From Octopus sinensis (Eukaryota), in contig NC_043008.1 of NCBI RefSeq assembly GCF_006345805.1, forward strand, positions 67,146,001 through 67,210,000: a stretch of DNA of 64,000 nucleotides, given 5' to 3'. The stretch's first letter is position 1; every line of letters starts with the position of its first letter. Positions 1 to 11,872 of the stretch are shown here, one piece after another. The notes under the pieces are model-generated. The model was not told the DNA's origin. It worked only from the letters and a program-made list of their open reading frames with translations, and did not search any database. The translations under genes were made by a program, and so were the position numbers.

Positions 1-727
1 GTAAATACCGAGTTGACATCTGCTCTTCCCTCCATTCTCGCGAACTCATTTCACTCTTTTTGGATAGACTTGTGACTGGTGACGAAAAATGGATCTTCTA
101 TCGAAATGTTAAACGTCGTAAACAGTGGCTTGGTAAAAGGAGAAAAGCTCAACCACAACTGAGATGGGAACTTCATGGGAAAAAGGTTCTTCTCTCTATC
201 TGGTGGGATTGCAAAGGAGTAATTCACTTTGAAGTGTTACCACCTAATGCAACAATCAATGCGCAAGTCTATTGTCAGCAATTAGAACGTTTGAACCAAG
301 CTTTGAAGAAAAAAGACCCGCTTTAGTGAATCGAAAAGGAGTGATGCTTCATCAGGATAATGCGCGACCCCACACTGCAAAGATCACATCACAGAAGATC
401 AAAGGGCTTGGTTGGGAAAAAATTCCCCATCCACTTTATTCTCCTGACCTTGCTCCTTCAGACTACTATTTGTTTCGTAGTTTACAGAGTTATTTGGTGG
501 ATATAGGTTTCGTAAGCCAGGAGAAGGTTGAAACTGACATTTCAAAGTTCTTCTCTTTGAAACCAAAAGAGTTTTACATTGATGGGATTAAAAAGCTTGT
601 AAATAGGTGGAAGGAAGTCATAGATAATCAGGGAAGGTACATTGATGATTAAATTTCAATTAAATATAACATTTGATCACTTGTTTTTTTTATTCAAAAT
701 TCGGACAGAACTTATGAGATGACCTGA
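1..727 (+). mobile_element. mariner transposon, 3' half (copy 1), frameshifted DD34D transposase plus right TIR
   Basis: ORFs 60-326 and 272-652 carry TGDEKW, LHQDNARPH and YSPDLAPSDY motifs; TIR ..TCGGACAGAACTTATGAGATGACCTGA followed by TA at 728-729. Confidence 0.95.
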
Positions 728-765
728 TATATTCCTACCCCTGCGTAAAAAAATAACTTTGTTTT

Positions 766-804
<39 letters not shown>

Positions 805-925
805 CATATATATATGTATATGTATATATGTATATGTATATAAAGTTAATCCAAACAAGAAAGCACAAAAAAACACAACGCGAGGACGTGGAACAAATGT
901 ATATATGTATATGTTTATATATATA

Positions 926-960
<35 letters not shown>

Positions 961-995
961 TGTAAACAAACTTAGAAGTGCCGAGTGAGTTGATA

Positions 996-1170
996 TTCTA
1001 CAGAAAATAAAGGAATTCTCGAATGCAGAAAGGATGTGAAAACAGCTTACAAAATCAGGTAAACACCCATAGAAAATTTTTAATTTTCGCCTTCTAAGGG
1101 TATTTATCCAATTTTCTAAGCTGTTTTCACAACCGTTCTGCGTTCAAGAATTCCTTTATTTTCTGTAGAA
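996..1170. mobile_element. Fold-back MITE-like element with ~60-bp inverted arms
   Basis: TTCTACAGAAAATAAAGGAATTCT..CAGCTTACAAAAT is near-perfectly complementary to ATTTTCTAAGCTG..AGAATTCCTTTATTTTCTGTAGAA. Confidence 0.7.
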
Positions 1171-1245
1171 ACACACACACACACACATCGCCAGTGAATC
1201 ATATATCCGAAAAAGAAGTACACTCTAAAAGCCAGAGCAGTAATG

Positions 1246-1374
1246 TATTTGGATGAAGTGAAGTATATGTCCGGTCATTGGAGTCTGACGAGTCGTCTAA
1301 AAAGTTAACCTCTTTATGGATGCGAAACCATTGGCCACTCTATGACCAGACATATATTCAACTTCATCTAAATA
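1246..1374 (+). ncRNA. Type I hammerhead-like fold capping a ~40-bp extended stem I (U16.1 mutated to C)
   Basis: GAGT-CTGACGA-(G.CGTC/GATGC stem II)-GAAA-CC ATT GG-CC-ACTC; stem I continues through GGTCAT/ATGACC, TATATGTC/GACATATA and TATTTGGATGAAGT/ACTTCATCTAAATA. Confidence 0.7.
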
Positions 1375-1748
1375 TAGATATTTCGGGATGGTCATTTTTC
1401 TTTCTTGCCAAATAAATACACGCACTATATATTCGTTTTACACTCGTTTATTACTGTTCTTATTTTACCGATAGAATAAGTACCAGGGGATTTTTTTAAA
1501 AGTAAGTACTGAGGTCGATTCGTTCGATTAAAATTCTTCAAGGTGATGCCTCAACATGGCTGCAGTCTAATGAATAAATAAGAGATAAAAGAAATCCACG
1601 AATGAACCGTCTTTTTTTTGCTTGGCCTTCTAATTATTGTTTCTCTTGTCCGAACGTTGTAATGTTCTCTATTGCGTTTTTGTTCCATATATATATATAT
1701 ATATACACGCATATATACACGCACACATACACACACACACTTATATCT

Positions 1749-1978
1749 GTTTCTTTATTACCCACAAGGGGCTGAACATAGAGGGGACAAACAAGGACAG
1801 ACTAACGGATTGAGTCGATTACATCGACCCCAGTGCGTAACTGGTACTTAATTTATCGACCCCGAAAGGATGAAAGGCAAAGTCGACCTCGGCGGGATTT
1901 GAACTCAGAACGTAACGGCAGACGAAATACAGCTACGCATTTCGCCCGGCGTGCTAACGTTTCTGACAGCTCGCCGCC
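1749..1978 (-). mobile_element. tRNA-derived SINE, family A
   Basis: Head GGCGGCGAGCTG..AGTTCAAATCCCGCC (A/B-box-like), central GCCTTTCATCCTTTCGGGGTCGATAAATTAAGTACCAG; many copies elsewhere in the window. Confidence 0.85.
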
Positions 1979-2083
1979 TTATTACATATATATACACTTA
2001 TATCTACATATATCTACACACACTTATATCTACATATATACATCCAACAAGCAAGTATATATGTATGCATGCATACAAACATA

Positions 2084-2422
2084 CATTCAGAGACCTCCTT
2101 TGGTCACGACACTGACCATGGGATTGCACCTAGAAAGTTACCCTCCCACGCACAAGTCCGGGCAAGGTTGTTTGAGGAAGGCGAGCAGTCGCCCATGCAT
2201 ATCGGCCTCCCCTCTCCACACCACCGATGTTATCCAAGGGAAAGGCAAAGGCCGATACAGCTTGGCAGTTGTGACGTCGCAACTCTTTTCTACAGCTGAG
2301 TGAACTAGAGCAACGTGAAATAAAATGTCATGCTCAAGAACACAACACGCAGCCGTTCTGGGATTCGAGCTCACAACCTCACGATCGTAAACTCGACGCT
2401 CAAACCACTGATCCATGCGCCT
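2084..2422 (-). mobile_element. tRNA-derived SINE, family D
   Basis: Head GGCGCATGGATCAGTGGTT..AGCTCGAATCCCAG followed by a CTTGAGCA..CACTCAGCTG domain shared with 18985-19110 and 51600-51850. Confidence 0.8.
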
Positions 2423-2536
2423 TCACACATACATACATATTAAAAGGAAACCCCTTTCCTCCTCTGAAGTTACAACTGATTTTGTCATTCTTATTACTAC
2501 CACCAGTGTGGTTATCATTATTATTATTATTATTAT

Positions 2537-2900
2537 ATGTTTGACTTTTGCTTTACATTTGCACAAGCTGGCTCCAAATCTCACCCAGAGACCTCAAGAG
2601 ACAACATGTTGGAAGTTCATGTTGGTGTTATGCCTAGGGTGCCATATATTTGGTTTTGTACTTAGTGTTGTACTAGTGAATGCCTAAAAAAACATACGAA
2701 AATTATGCTTTGTTTTAAAACTTGAGATTACATAGAAAGTATTTTGCGTAGGATATGAGCAGTTCCCATGAGCACTATCTTTTGAATTTCTGCCATTTTG
2801 GGGTTTCCTGGTATCTGAGTTAGGTAGCAAATAGCCCCTTTTGCTATCATTCCCAGGGCACCTATGACAACAGGTATTGTTTTAGTCTTCAGGTTCCACG
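2537..2900 (-). mobile_element. R4/Dong-type non-LTR retrotransposon, 5'-truncated 3' end, inserted in (TAA)n
   Basis: WNLKTKTIPVVIGALG..IQKIVLMGTAHILRKILSM* is the C-terminus of an REL endonuclease, followed by ~190 bp of 3' UTR; (TTA)n on both sides. Confidence 0.85.
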
Positions 2901-2947
<47 letters not shown>

Positions 2948-3192
2948 ATTGTAGTCATTCGTACTAGAAATATTACTAATCAAATACTGCCTCAGTTACG
3001 TATATCGAGTACAGCGATGGGAGGAATGGGAGCAGGAAAGCCAGTTTCAAAAGCAACAGCAGAATAAATAACTATGCAATCAGATGCGATAGTATCAATG
3101 GTGATAGCAATAATAACAATTGCAACTACAACAGAAGTGGAAATGATAACAATAGTAACTATACAGGTAAAATAACAATAATAATAATGGTA

Positions 3193-3231
<39 letters not shown>

Positions 3232-3439
3232 TTCTTTACATTAGGAAAAATATTATGGACAGTACAGGACAAAAGAAAGAATGTATGTTTGTATGTGTAT
3301 GAATGTGTGTTGTTGTGAGGGTTTTGCGTGTAAACAAGACTAACAAAATTACATATAAAAAAGAAGAAATCATAACCGCAGTTGGTAGGAATAAGAACGA
3401 CAAAGTTGTAACTTCAGAGGAAGAAAGGAGTGCCCTTTA

Positions 3440-3780
3440 AATAAACAGTTTTGAGAAGAACATAGTCTACAAATGCCTGGTTGTAATCCTTTATAAAACT
3501 ATTACATAGGATGTTGCGCAACGACCATTAAGTTTCATTATTACAACCACATCTCGTCAATTAAACACAAAAATAAAGAAAATTCGACTTCACTTAGCAA
3601 GCTAATATGGTGACTTAGAGAGACAACGAAATTAAATATGAATTATAATGGTTGATTTTAGAAAGAGCTATACCGTATGAAATATAACGAACGAGTCACC
3701 CCAAATACTTTAATCAGAGGGTAACATAATTACCCGGAGACAAGAATTGGTGATACACTGTAAACATTTCTGTAATAATT
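3440..3780 (+). pseudogene. Decayed PLE GIY-YIG endonuclease fragment (similar to the 32.9-kb family)
   Basis: Manual translation NIVYKCLV..YYIGCCATTIKFHYYNHISSIKHKNKENSTSLSKLIW parallels VVYRAKV..YTG..FKTRFYSHKNSFK..KTSLAKYVW at 34160-34540. Confidence 0.7.
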
Positions 3781-4976
3781 CCTAGATAACTTTAATTCAA
3801 TAGTGACAGACAATGGTCGAGATGGGTATAATGCCTAAAGGATAACAAGTTATCCGATTTAATTTTTATTTTGATTTTATTGCTATTTAATTTCATTTAA
3901 TTTTTAACCTAATATTTTTCTTCTATCTACTATCCACTTTTGTTATAACTTTCTCCACCTTTCATATTGTTACCCTTCATTTTGTTTTTATGAAAATTCA
4001 GTACTCTGTCTGGATAGTATTTGACCTGAAGACAATATGATTTTGAGTGTGATGACCCAATAACACACACTAAAGCCACTAATGTTTTTATTACCGTTCC
4101 CTCTTTGATTTCTGGCTATCACATATCTCTTCCTGTCTTCATTCTTCCATCTCGTGTCTCCACTTCTTCTCTTCTGTCTCTTCCTTTCCCTCTTTGTTCT
4201 TTCTTCCTCTTCTAGTACACCACTTCTCTTTCCCTTTTTCTAGTGATTTCTCTTTCACTCACCTTAAACTTATTCACCTCTTTTCGTTCCCCTTCCCATA
4301 CCGGATTCACTTATTCATCATTGTTTTGCCTCGTTTTCAACATAATACCATAACTCTAATGAGGATAGCTTCAATTCTTTAAGGTCATTCAACTTTTCTC
4401 AATCGACCAATGGACCGATTGAGTAAACCAATGAATGAATGAACCTATAATGATTATCGAAAACAGCTGCAAGCTAATTTGATTTTACTACAATAAAGAA
4501 ATATGTAATGACTATCATTTATATCTTTTCTTATATATATATATATATATATATGTAAAAAGTAAAACATATATACAAACTGGGACAAGAACGTGAAACA
4601 CCTAGAAGACGACACAAGAACCACAGGACGGGACATTCGAAGCCCTCAATCATCAGTCAAGAACCGGATCATCTTCGCAATTTCGGCTGATTAATCTTGA
4701 GGTTGCTCCGACCTGGGCAGCCACACCAAGGGAAATCTAAGCCAAGTGCATTAGATCCCTTGGAATAAAGCCTCGAATGTATACAACACAAGGACGGAAA
4801 ACGGACGATGTACACGAATAAAAATACAAAAATACGTGAAAACAATAAGGAAAGCACGAATAAGAATACAAAAAGGTAAAAACAATAATGGTAAGGATAA
4901 AAACAAAACCAGGACGTAGGACAAGGGTCTTTCGACAGGACGAGTTGAGTTTGGGGCTATATATATATATAGCTAC

Positions 4977-5152
4977 GAAACATATGTAGCCTGAATTTTA
5001 CCTGCCCCACTCCTTCAATTTGGTGAGTGTGTGTATCCAAATTGATGAAGTGGAGAAGGTAAAATCCAGGCTACATATGTTTCCTAGATAGTATATCCTC
5101 GGAAGTAATAATTACTCAACGAAGGGTACTCCATTTGCTATTCATCAAGCCG
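4977..5152 (-). ncRNA. Degenerate hammerhead-like fold (TTGATGA core) followed by a 47-bp-arm hairpin
   Basis: Minus strand GGC-TTGATGA-ATAG..CTAT..-GAAA-CATAT-GTA-GCC; 4977-5023 is an inverted copy (~5 mismatches) of 5037-5083. Confidence 0.5.
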
Positions 5153-5251
5153 AAGATACCTTAATTATATGAAGTTTACACTGTAAAGGAATCCATTTTC
5201 AAATTATATCGTCAGCGAGTTAACTTGGAATTCCCTAACGACAATGTAGTC

Positions 5252-5289
<38 letters not shown>

Positions 5290-5350
5290 ATATATATAAA
5301 ATATAATTAAGATTCAGTTGAATTAGGTACTTAAATTGAGGTACCTTGCC

Positions 5351-5415
5351 AGTTCGGTATAGTTCGCACAGCTCCAAGTTCACCTAACTTGGAGCTGAGG
5401 GGACTATACCGAACT
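5351..5415. other. 65-nt hairpin: perfect 13-bp and 12-bp stems around a 5x5 internal loop
   Basis: AGTTCGGTATAGT/ACTATACCGAACT and CAGCTCCAAGTT/AACTTGGAGCTG. Confidence 0.85.
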
Positions 5416-5459
5416 ATGCATATATATATATGTATATATATATAGGTGCATGTGTGTGA

Positions 5460-5508
<49 letters not shown>

Positions 5509-5530
5509 CGTATGTATTATATATGTAATT

Positions 5531-5740
5531 GGTACTGGTGCCGTGTAAAAAGCACCCAGTACACTCTGTGAAGTGGTGTGCGTCAGGAAGGGCATCCAGC
5601 CGTAGAAACCAAGCCAAAACGGACTATGGTACCTGGTGCCGCCCCTGGCCTTACTAGTTCCTGTCGAGCCGTCCAACCCATTCCAGCATGGAAAACGGAT
5701 GTTAAATGTTGACGATGATGATGATACTGACGATGATGAT
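5531..5740 (+). mobile_element. 3' part of a SINE/LINE with RTE-like tail and (GAT)n end
   Basis: AGGAAGGGCATCCAGCCGTAGAAACC..GCATGGAAAACGGATGTTAAATG then (GAT)n; related minus-strand fragment at 38690-38790. Confidence 0.65.
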
Positions 5741-6097
5741 GTAATAATTGAAATATATATTATGCACCTTAATCTGTTCTGTTATTCACGTGATTCCCCG
5801 GTCTGTGGAAGAAGAAAAATACGGTTGGGAACCCTTGCTTTAGCGTTTAGTAAAACAAAACAATTGGTGTGTGTATAGGGTGGGTACAGTTGTACACGGT
5901 TTGGCGGGGTTGCTGTATAGATAACAAAACAAAAATTGTCCTATAGTGTGCACTAAAGAACCCGGGCATTGCCTGTTAGCATCAATACTACTCGGCACGG
6001 ATAGCAGGAACGATACAATCGATGGATAAACGAAATCGTTGCAATCCCTACTCGACACTTCTAGTGTGAGTTTCTTAGTGAAAATTGTACATAACAT

Positions 6098-6481
6098 TTG
6101 GAAGCACTCCGTCGGTTACGACGACGAGGGTTCCGATTGATCCGATCAACGGAACAGCCTGCTCGTGAAATTAACGTGTAAGTGGCTGAGCACTCCACAG
6201 ACACGTGTACCCTTAACGTAGTTCTCGGGGATATTCAGCGTGACACAGAGAGTGACAAGGCTGGCCCTTTGAAATACAGGCGCAACAGAAACAGGAAGTA
6301 AGAGTGAGAGAAAGTTGTGGTGAAAGAGTACAGCAGGGATCACCACCATCCCTGCCGGAGCCTGGTGGAGCTTTAGGTGTTTTCGCTCAATAAACACTCA
6401 CAACGCTCGGTCTGGAAATCGAAACCGCGATTCTACGACCGCGAGTCCGCTGCCCTAACCACTGGGCCATCGCGCCTCCAC
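6098..6481 (-). mobile_element. tRNA-derived SINE, family C (tail type 1)
   Basis: Head GGAGGCGCGATGGCCCAGTGGTTAGGGCAGCGGACTCGCGG..GTTTCGATTTCC; same head and centre as 26550-26860. Confidence 0.85.
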
Positions 6482-6508
6482 TTGTACATAACATAAACAT
6501 GCATGTAT

Positions 6509-6545
<37 letters not shown>

Positions 6546-6971
6546 TGCAGTGCAGAGACGGCTCTCCGATGCAACATGTAGTTCTGCAGTTCTTTGCTGA
6601 TATCAGCGAAGAATCATGAAAATCGGAGTAGCAACAGAGAGTTGTCGTCTTAATACTATCAAACTTGCATTACTTCCATACTGATAAAAAATTTCCCTAG
6701 TCCTTGAAAATTTAGACAGATAGATAGGTAGATAGATAAACAGAGAGATAGAGAAGGATGGATGGACAGACGGACAGACAGACATATCTTTTTAGTCGAA
6801 CGAATCGACCTCGCAGTACCTATTTTATTTTTAAGCCTTATACTTATTCTATCAGTCTCTGTTGCTGAACCACACGGGGACGTAAACATACCAACACCGG
6901 TTGTCAAGTGGTGGTCGGGGACAAACACAAAGATAGATAGATAGACAGACAGATGGACAAATAGATAGATG

Positions 6972-7050
<79 letters not shown>

Positions 7051-7124
7051 GTACACTTTTGAGGGCGTGTGTGCGTCGAAGTATATAGTATACGTATATA
7101 AATTTGAAAGTGCATGTGTGTATG

Positions 7125-7168
<44 letters not shown>

Positions 7169-7207
7169 TATATAAATGTTGAACTTGTATGTGTGTGTAT
7201 ATATGCA

Positions 7208-7321
7208 CAGTAGTCCCTCGGTGTTCGCGGAGGTTACGTTCCTGGACCACCCGCGAATAGTGAAAAACTGCGAATATTGGACGTGGTCCACAAAAATGCC
7301 TATAAATGTCAAAATATGACG

Positions 7322-7358
<37 letters not shown>

Positions 7359-9400
7359 TCCAAACAAGAAAACACAAAAAAATACAGCAACGCGAGGACG
7401 TGGAACAAATAAAGTATTATTGGACGCTCAGGAAAGAAGGGAAGAAGGAGGGTTTAACGTTTCGAGCGGAGCTCTTCGTCGGAAACAAAGGAGAAGGAAA
7501 GATCCCGAGAAGGGAAGACAGAGGAAAAAAATTGCTGGCGGTGCTCACGAGATATATATATATATAGTAAATGATAATAATTTAATAAAAAAATAAAGTA
7601 AAATGTATGGTTACTCACCAACAATGAATGATATTGATTTAAGACGACGATGATGAAAATAATGAAGGTAATGATTGCACAGCAAAGAAGCTTTAAAGCT
7701 CTTCAGGTGACGCCTCTTCTTCGGGTGTTTTAAGGGATGTATCTTTGTGCAAGGTTTTCTTGGTGGACTTAAGGCACATTTTGATGGGAAGTCGCTGTCG
7801 TTGTTTTTTCATGGCGGTGAGGACAGTTTTATATGTCTGCGTAGCAGCATCGATGGCACTTTTAAATTGGTGAGACCGAACAATATAGTGATCCCATGCT
7901 TCCCCTTTCCCTTGCCAGGCCCACCTCATTCTCCTATTCCTCTGGATCTGGCACTTCCTCCTCTTCGCTGGCAGACTTTGTTAATTCCAACAAATCTTCG
8001 TCTGTCAGGGTTTCAGCGTGATGTCGTCAAAACCTTCGCCACCAAGTACCTTTTCCGATTTTCACTGCATTGTTTTTAGCCTTGTGCTGACTATCTTCAT
8101 GTGAGAAGCCCTCGTAGTCCTGGACCCACTCTGGCCACATCTTCCAGCATGCGATGAGGGTTTCTTTTTTCATGTTTTTAAGAGCAGCGTGGATGACTGA
8201 CAGTCGCGCTGCGATCGTCAAGTTACGCCAGTACTCCTATAACTTGAAATTCTCGTCCGAACCCATTGCATCCACAAGGTGTGGGAGAGTTCCGAGTGTA
8301 AAGTGCCTTGATAGCACGGATCACGCCTTGATCCATAGGCTCAAAGAGGGAAGTGTTATTGGCAGGGAGGAACTCGACTTGGACTCCCTCGTGATTCAAA
8401 TCCAAAGAGTGACCACCAGCATTATCCATAATAATCAACACCTTGAATTCCATGCATAGATTGTAAATGTATTCATTGGCTTGAGGAATAAAGCACTGAT
8501 GGAACCAATTAAAAGTTAGACTTTTGGTAATTCAGGTCTTGAGGTTGTGCATCCAGTAGACAGGTAGCAGGTTTTTATTCGTATTTTTGAAGGCCCTCGG
8601 GTTCGCGGACTTGCGGATAAATCCTGGTTTCATCATGAAACCAGCAGCATAGCCACATATTAGTGTCACTCAGTCCTTATGTGCCTTAAATCCTGGGGCT
8701 CTGGCTTCGTCCTTCATGATGTACTTTCTGGAAGGCATCTTCTTCCAGAACAAGCTAGTCTCGTCCATATTGAAAACCTGTTCCAGCTTGTATCCCTTGT
8801 CCTCGATGATCTGCCTGAAGGTCTCGAGGTACTTCTCGGCAACTTCTTAGTCGGCTGATGCTGTCTCTCCGCGTAGAGAAACACACTTTATTTTAAACCG
8901 TTTCTGTAAACGATCAAACCATCCTTTGCTGGCTTGAGAATATTCAAGCTCCAGTGTTGTCAATGGTCTTGGTTGCTGTTCTTCGGTGCCTTCTATGCAG
9001 TATCCTCTGTCGAACAGCTAGTAACTTCAGCGCTTTATCGCGAATGATGTTACCGCTCAAGGGGATGTTTTTCTTCTTGCAGTCACTGATCCATAATGCC
9101 AAGGCAAATTCCATCCTAACGAAATGCTTATTTCTCACTATTTGGTACTTTCACAAAAACTTACTACTACGGGAGTCCTGATCGCCACATCGTTCATATG
9201 TAGCGTATGGTGTTTTCATTGACAACATAATAGCGACTTACTGCAGCATAACTTTTACCTTCCCGGAACATATCCAGCAGTTGTGCCTTATCATGGAGCA
9301 TCATAACCTTTTTCTGGCGCTTAAAAGGTGTAGGGCGTTTGGAGGCATCTTAGGGCTTTAATAACACGCTACGAAAAACACGGCACTCAACAAAATATTT
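7208..9400 (-). mobile_element. Tigger/pogo DNA transposon (decayed transposase ~9348-7693), 3' TIR at left, interrupted by (TA)n and an HHR element
   Basis: TIR CAGTAGTCCCTCGGTGTTCGCGG; frames MP.KRP..HTH, QVFNMDETSLFWKKMP, VLIIMDNAGGH, FLPANNTSLFEPMDQGVI; the 5' TIR was not found. Confidence 0.9.
7452..7486 (-). ncRNA. Minimal type I hammerhead (CCGACGA core, GUU site) in a ~200-bp element (7355-7550)
   Basis: GTTT-CCGACGA-A-GAGC TCC GCTC-GAAAC-GTT-AAAC; palindromic ACGT stem III. Confidence 0.7.
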
Positions 9401-9683
9401 GAGATAGCTACTGGACACAGTCCCCCCCCCCCAAAAAAAAAACCTACAAAATCTTCTTTTTGCTTAATATGCGCATATCACCAATGGGAAATTGCGCAGA
9501 TATTAAAATGGTTTTGAAAAATTTAGTTCGTATTACCACTAGAAACCTAATTTCAATGAGGCTATATTGCATCACAACCATAAAAATTGCCCTGTTGAAA
9601 TGAACAGTGTATGATCAAATGTAGCGATGATTTTTAAAAAAAGCGCTGGTATAAAATTAACATTCAGTCTTGTGTTGTATATA

Positions 9684-11083
9684 TCAGGTCATCCCATAAG
9701 TTCTGTCCGAATTTTCCATAAAGAAAACAAGTGATCAAATGTTATATTTAATTGAAATTTAATCATCAATGTAACTTTCCTGGTTATCTATGACTTCCTT
9801 CCATCTATTTACAAGCTTTTTAATCCCATCAATGTAAAACTCTTTTGGTTTCAAAGAGAAGAACTCTGAAATGTCAGTTTCAATCTCCTCCTGGCTTGCG
9901 AAAGTTATGTCCCACAAATGAATGTGTAAACTATGAAACAAATGGTAGTCTGAAGGAGCAAGGTCGGGAGAATAGGGTGGATGAGGAATTTTTTCCAAAC
10001 CAAGCTCTTTGATCTTCTGTGATGTGATCTTTGCAGTGTGGGGTCACGCATTGTCCTGATGAAGCATCATTCCTTTTCGATTCACTAAAGCGGGTCTTGT
10101 TTTCTTCAAAGCTTGGTTCAAACGTTCTAATTGCTGACAGTAGACTTGGGCATTGATTGTTGCATTAGGTGGTAACAATTCAAAGTGAATTACTCCTTTG
10201 CAATCCCACCAGATAGAGAGAAGAACCTTTTTCCCATGAAGTTCCCTTCTCAGTTGTGGTTGAGCTTTTTCCCTTTTACCAAGCCACTGTTTACGACGTT
10301 TAACATTTCGATAGAAGATCCATTTTTCGTCACCAGTCACAAGTCTATCCAAAAAGGGTGAAATGAGTTCGCGAGAATGGAGAGAAGAGCAGATGTCAAC
10401 TCAGAATTTGCGGTTGCTTTCGGACAATTCATGAAGCACCCATTTTCCAAGTTTATGAACTTTTCCAAGTTGTTGAAGATGACGATGAACATCTGTATGG
10501 TTTGAACTAAGCTTTATTACCAATTCTTCAACTGATAATGCAGGATTTTCTTCAAGGAGCTTATCATCAAACTCAACTGGACGTCCTGTTCGATCTTCAT
10601 CTACAAGGCTGAAATCTCCACTTCTAAATTTTGCAAACGATCTTCTGCAAGTTCTTTCATTCAAGCATTCTTTCCCATAAACTGAGTGTATGTTCGAGTT
10701 GCTTCGGCTGCAGAGTTTCCTTTTTTTGTACTCAAAGCATTATGTGCCTTAAATTTTGCAAACCATCTTCTGCAAGTTCTTTCATTCAAGCATTCTTTCC
10801 CATAAACTGAGTGTATGTTTCGAGTCGCTTCAGCTGCAGAGTTTTCTTTTTTGTACTCATAAAGCATTATGTGCCTCAAATGCTCTTTGGATACCTCCAT
10901 GTTAGAAAGGGTTTTAATCAAAGAAATATTAATTCTATTATTCTGTAATATAATATTTAATTAGTTTAAATGTACACAAATGCATAAAAATACTTTTTAA
11001 TTACATTAGACATTCTAAAATACTATTAAATTACATTCAATTTTAAAAAGGTAAAATCGGACAGAACTTATGGGATGACCTTA
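9684..11083 (-). mobile_element. Full-length but inactive mariner (copy 2) with TA TSDs and an internal 125-bp tandem duplication
   Basis: TIRs T(C/A)AGGTCATCCCATAAGTTCTGTCCGA at both ends, TA at 9682-83 and 11084-85; broken frames 10661-10921, 10401-10664, 10044-10352, 9759-9998. Confidence 0.95.
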
Positions 11084-11519
11084 TATCTTTGATCTGCCCA
11101 AGTAATACTGGTGCGATATACTGTATGCATGTGTAAAAATATACATATATATATATATACATTATATATATATATGTGTGGTGTGTGTGTGTGTGCGTGT
11201 GTGTGTGCTTTCACTGCAATGAGATGTTGAGAGACAAATACAGCGAGAGGGGGAGAGGAAGTGTGTATGTGTAAAATATAGATAGATGTCGTTGTAGTAA
11301 TTAGCAAGCTTTGATTAAAGGCAGGACTAGGAGATACAAGATATAGTGTACTTGTATCTAAAACAATCAAACGCAATGATACACGACTATTCTAATCAGA
11401 AGTGGCTTCAACTGCGAAGTGGCGTCCAGTAAGCCGGCGAATACGGTATATTGTTAATAATAATTTAGCTTCATAAAGTGTGAAAAAATATATATATTGC
11501 CACGAAGAAAGCTATAAAA

Positions 11520-11605
11520 AATCGCGGACGATGTTTACGATTCCGCGAATATGCGGGGGTTTCCGCGAACAATTTTTAGTTCCGCGAATAAGCGGGGGTA
11601 CACTG
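11520..11605 (-). mobile_element. Solo Tigger-like terminal repeat
   Basis: Reverse complement CAGTGTACCCCCGCTTATTCGCGG preceded by TA, with repeated CCGCGAA subterminal motifs. Confidence 0.6.
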
Positions 11606-11837
11606 TATATATAAATTCGCTTCAATGCTGAAACATGTAAAAGAATAAAAGAATATATATATATATATAACCATTCATACATATATGAATACATATACCT
11701 ACATAAATACACATCTCTCTCTATATATATATGAAGTTAATCCAAACAAGAAAACAAAAACAAAAAAACACAACAACGCAAGGAGGTGGAACAAATAGAG
11801 TATTATTGGACGCACAGGAAAGAAGGGAAGAAGGAGG

Positions 11838-11872
11838 GTTTGACGTTTCGAGCGGAGCTCTTCGTCGGAAAC
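11838..11872 (-). ncRNA. Minimal type I hammerhead (CCGACGA core, GUC site), second copy of the 7.4-kb family
   Basis: GTTT-CCGACGA-A-GAGC TCC GCTC-GAAAC-GTC-AAAC. Confidence 0.75.
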
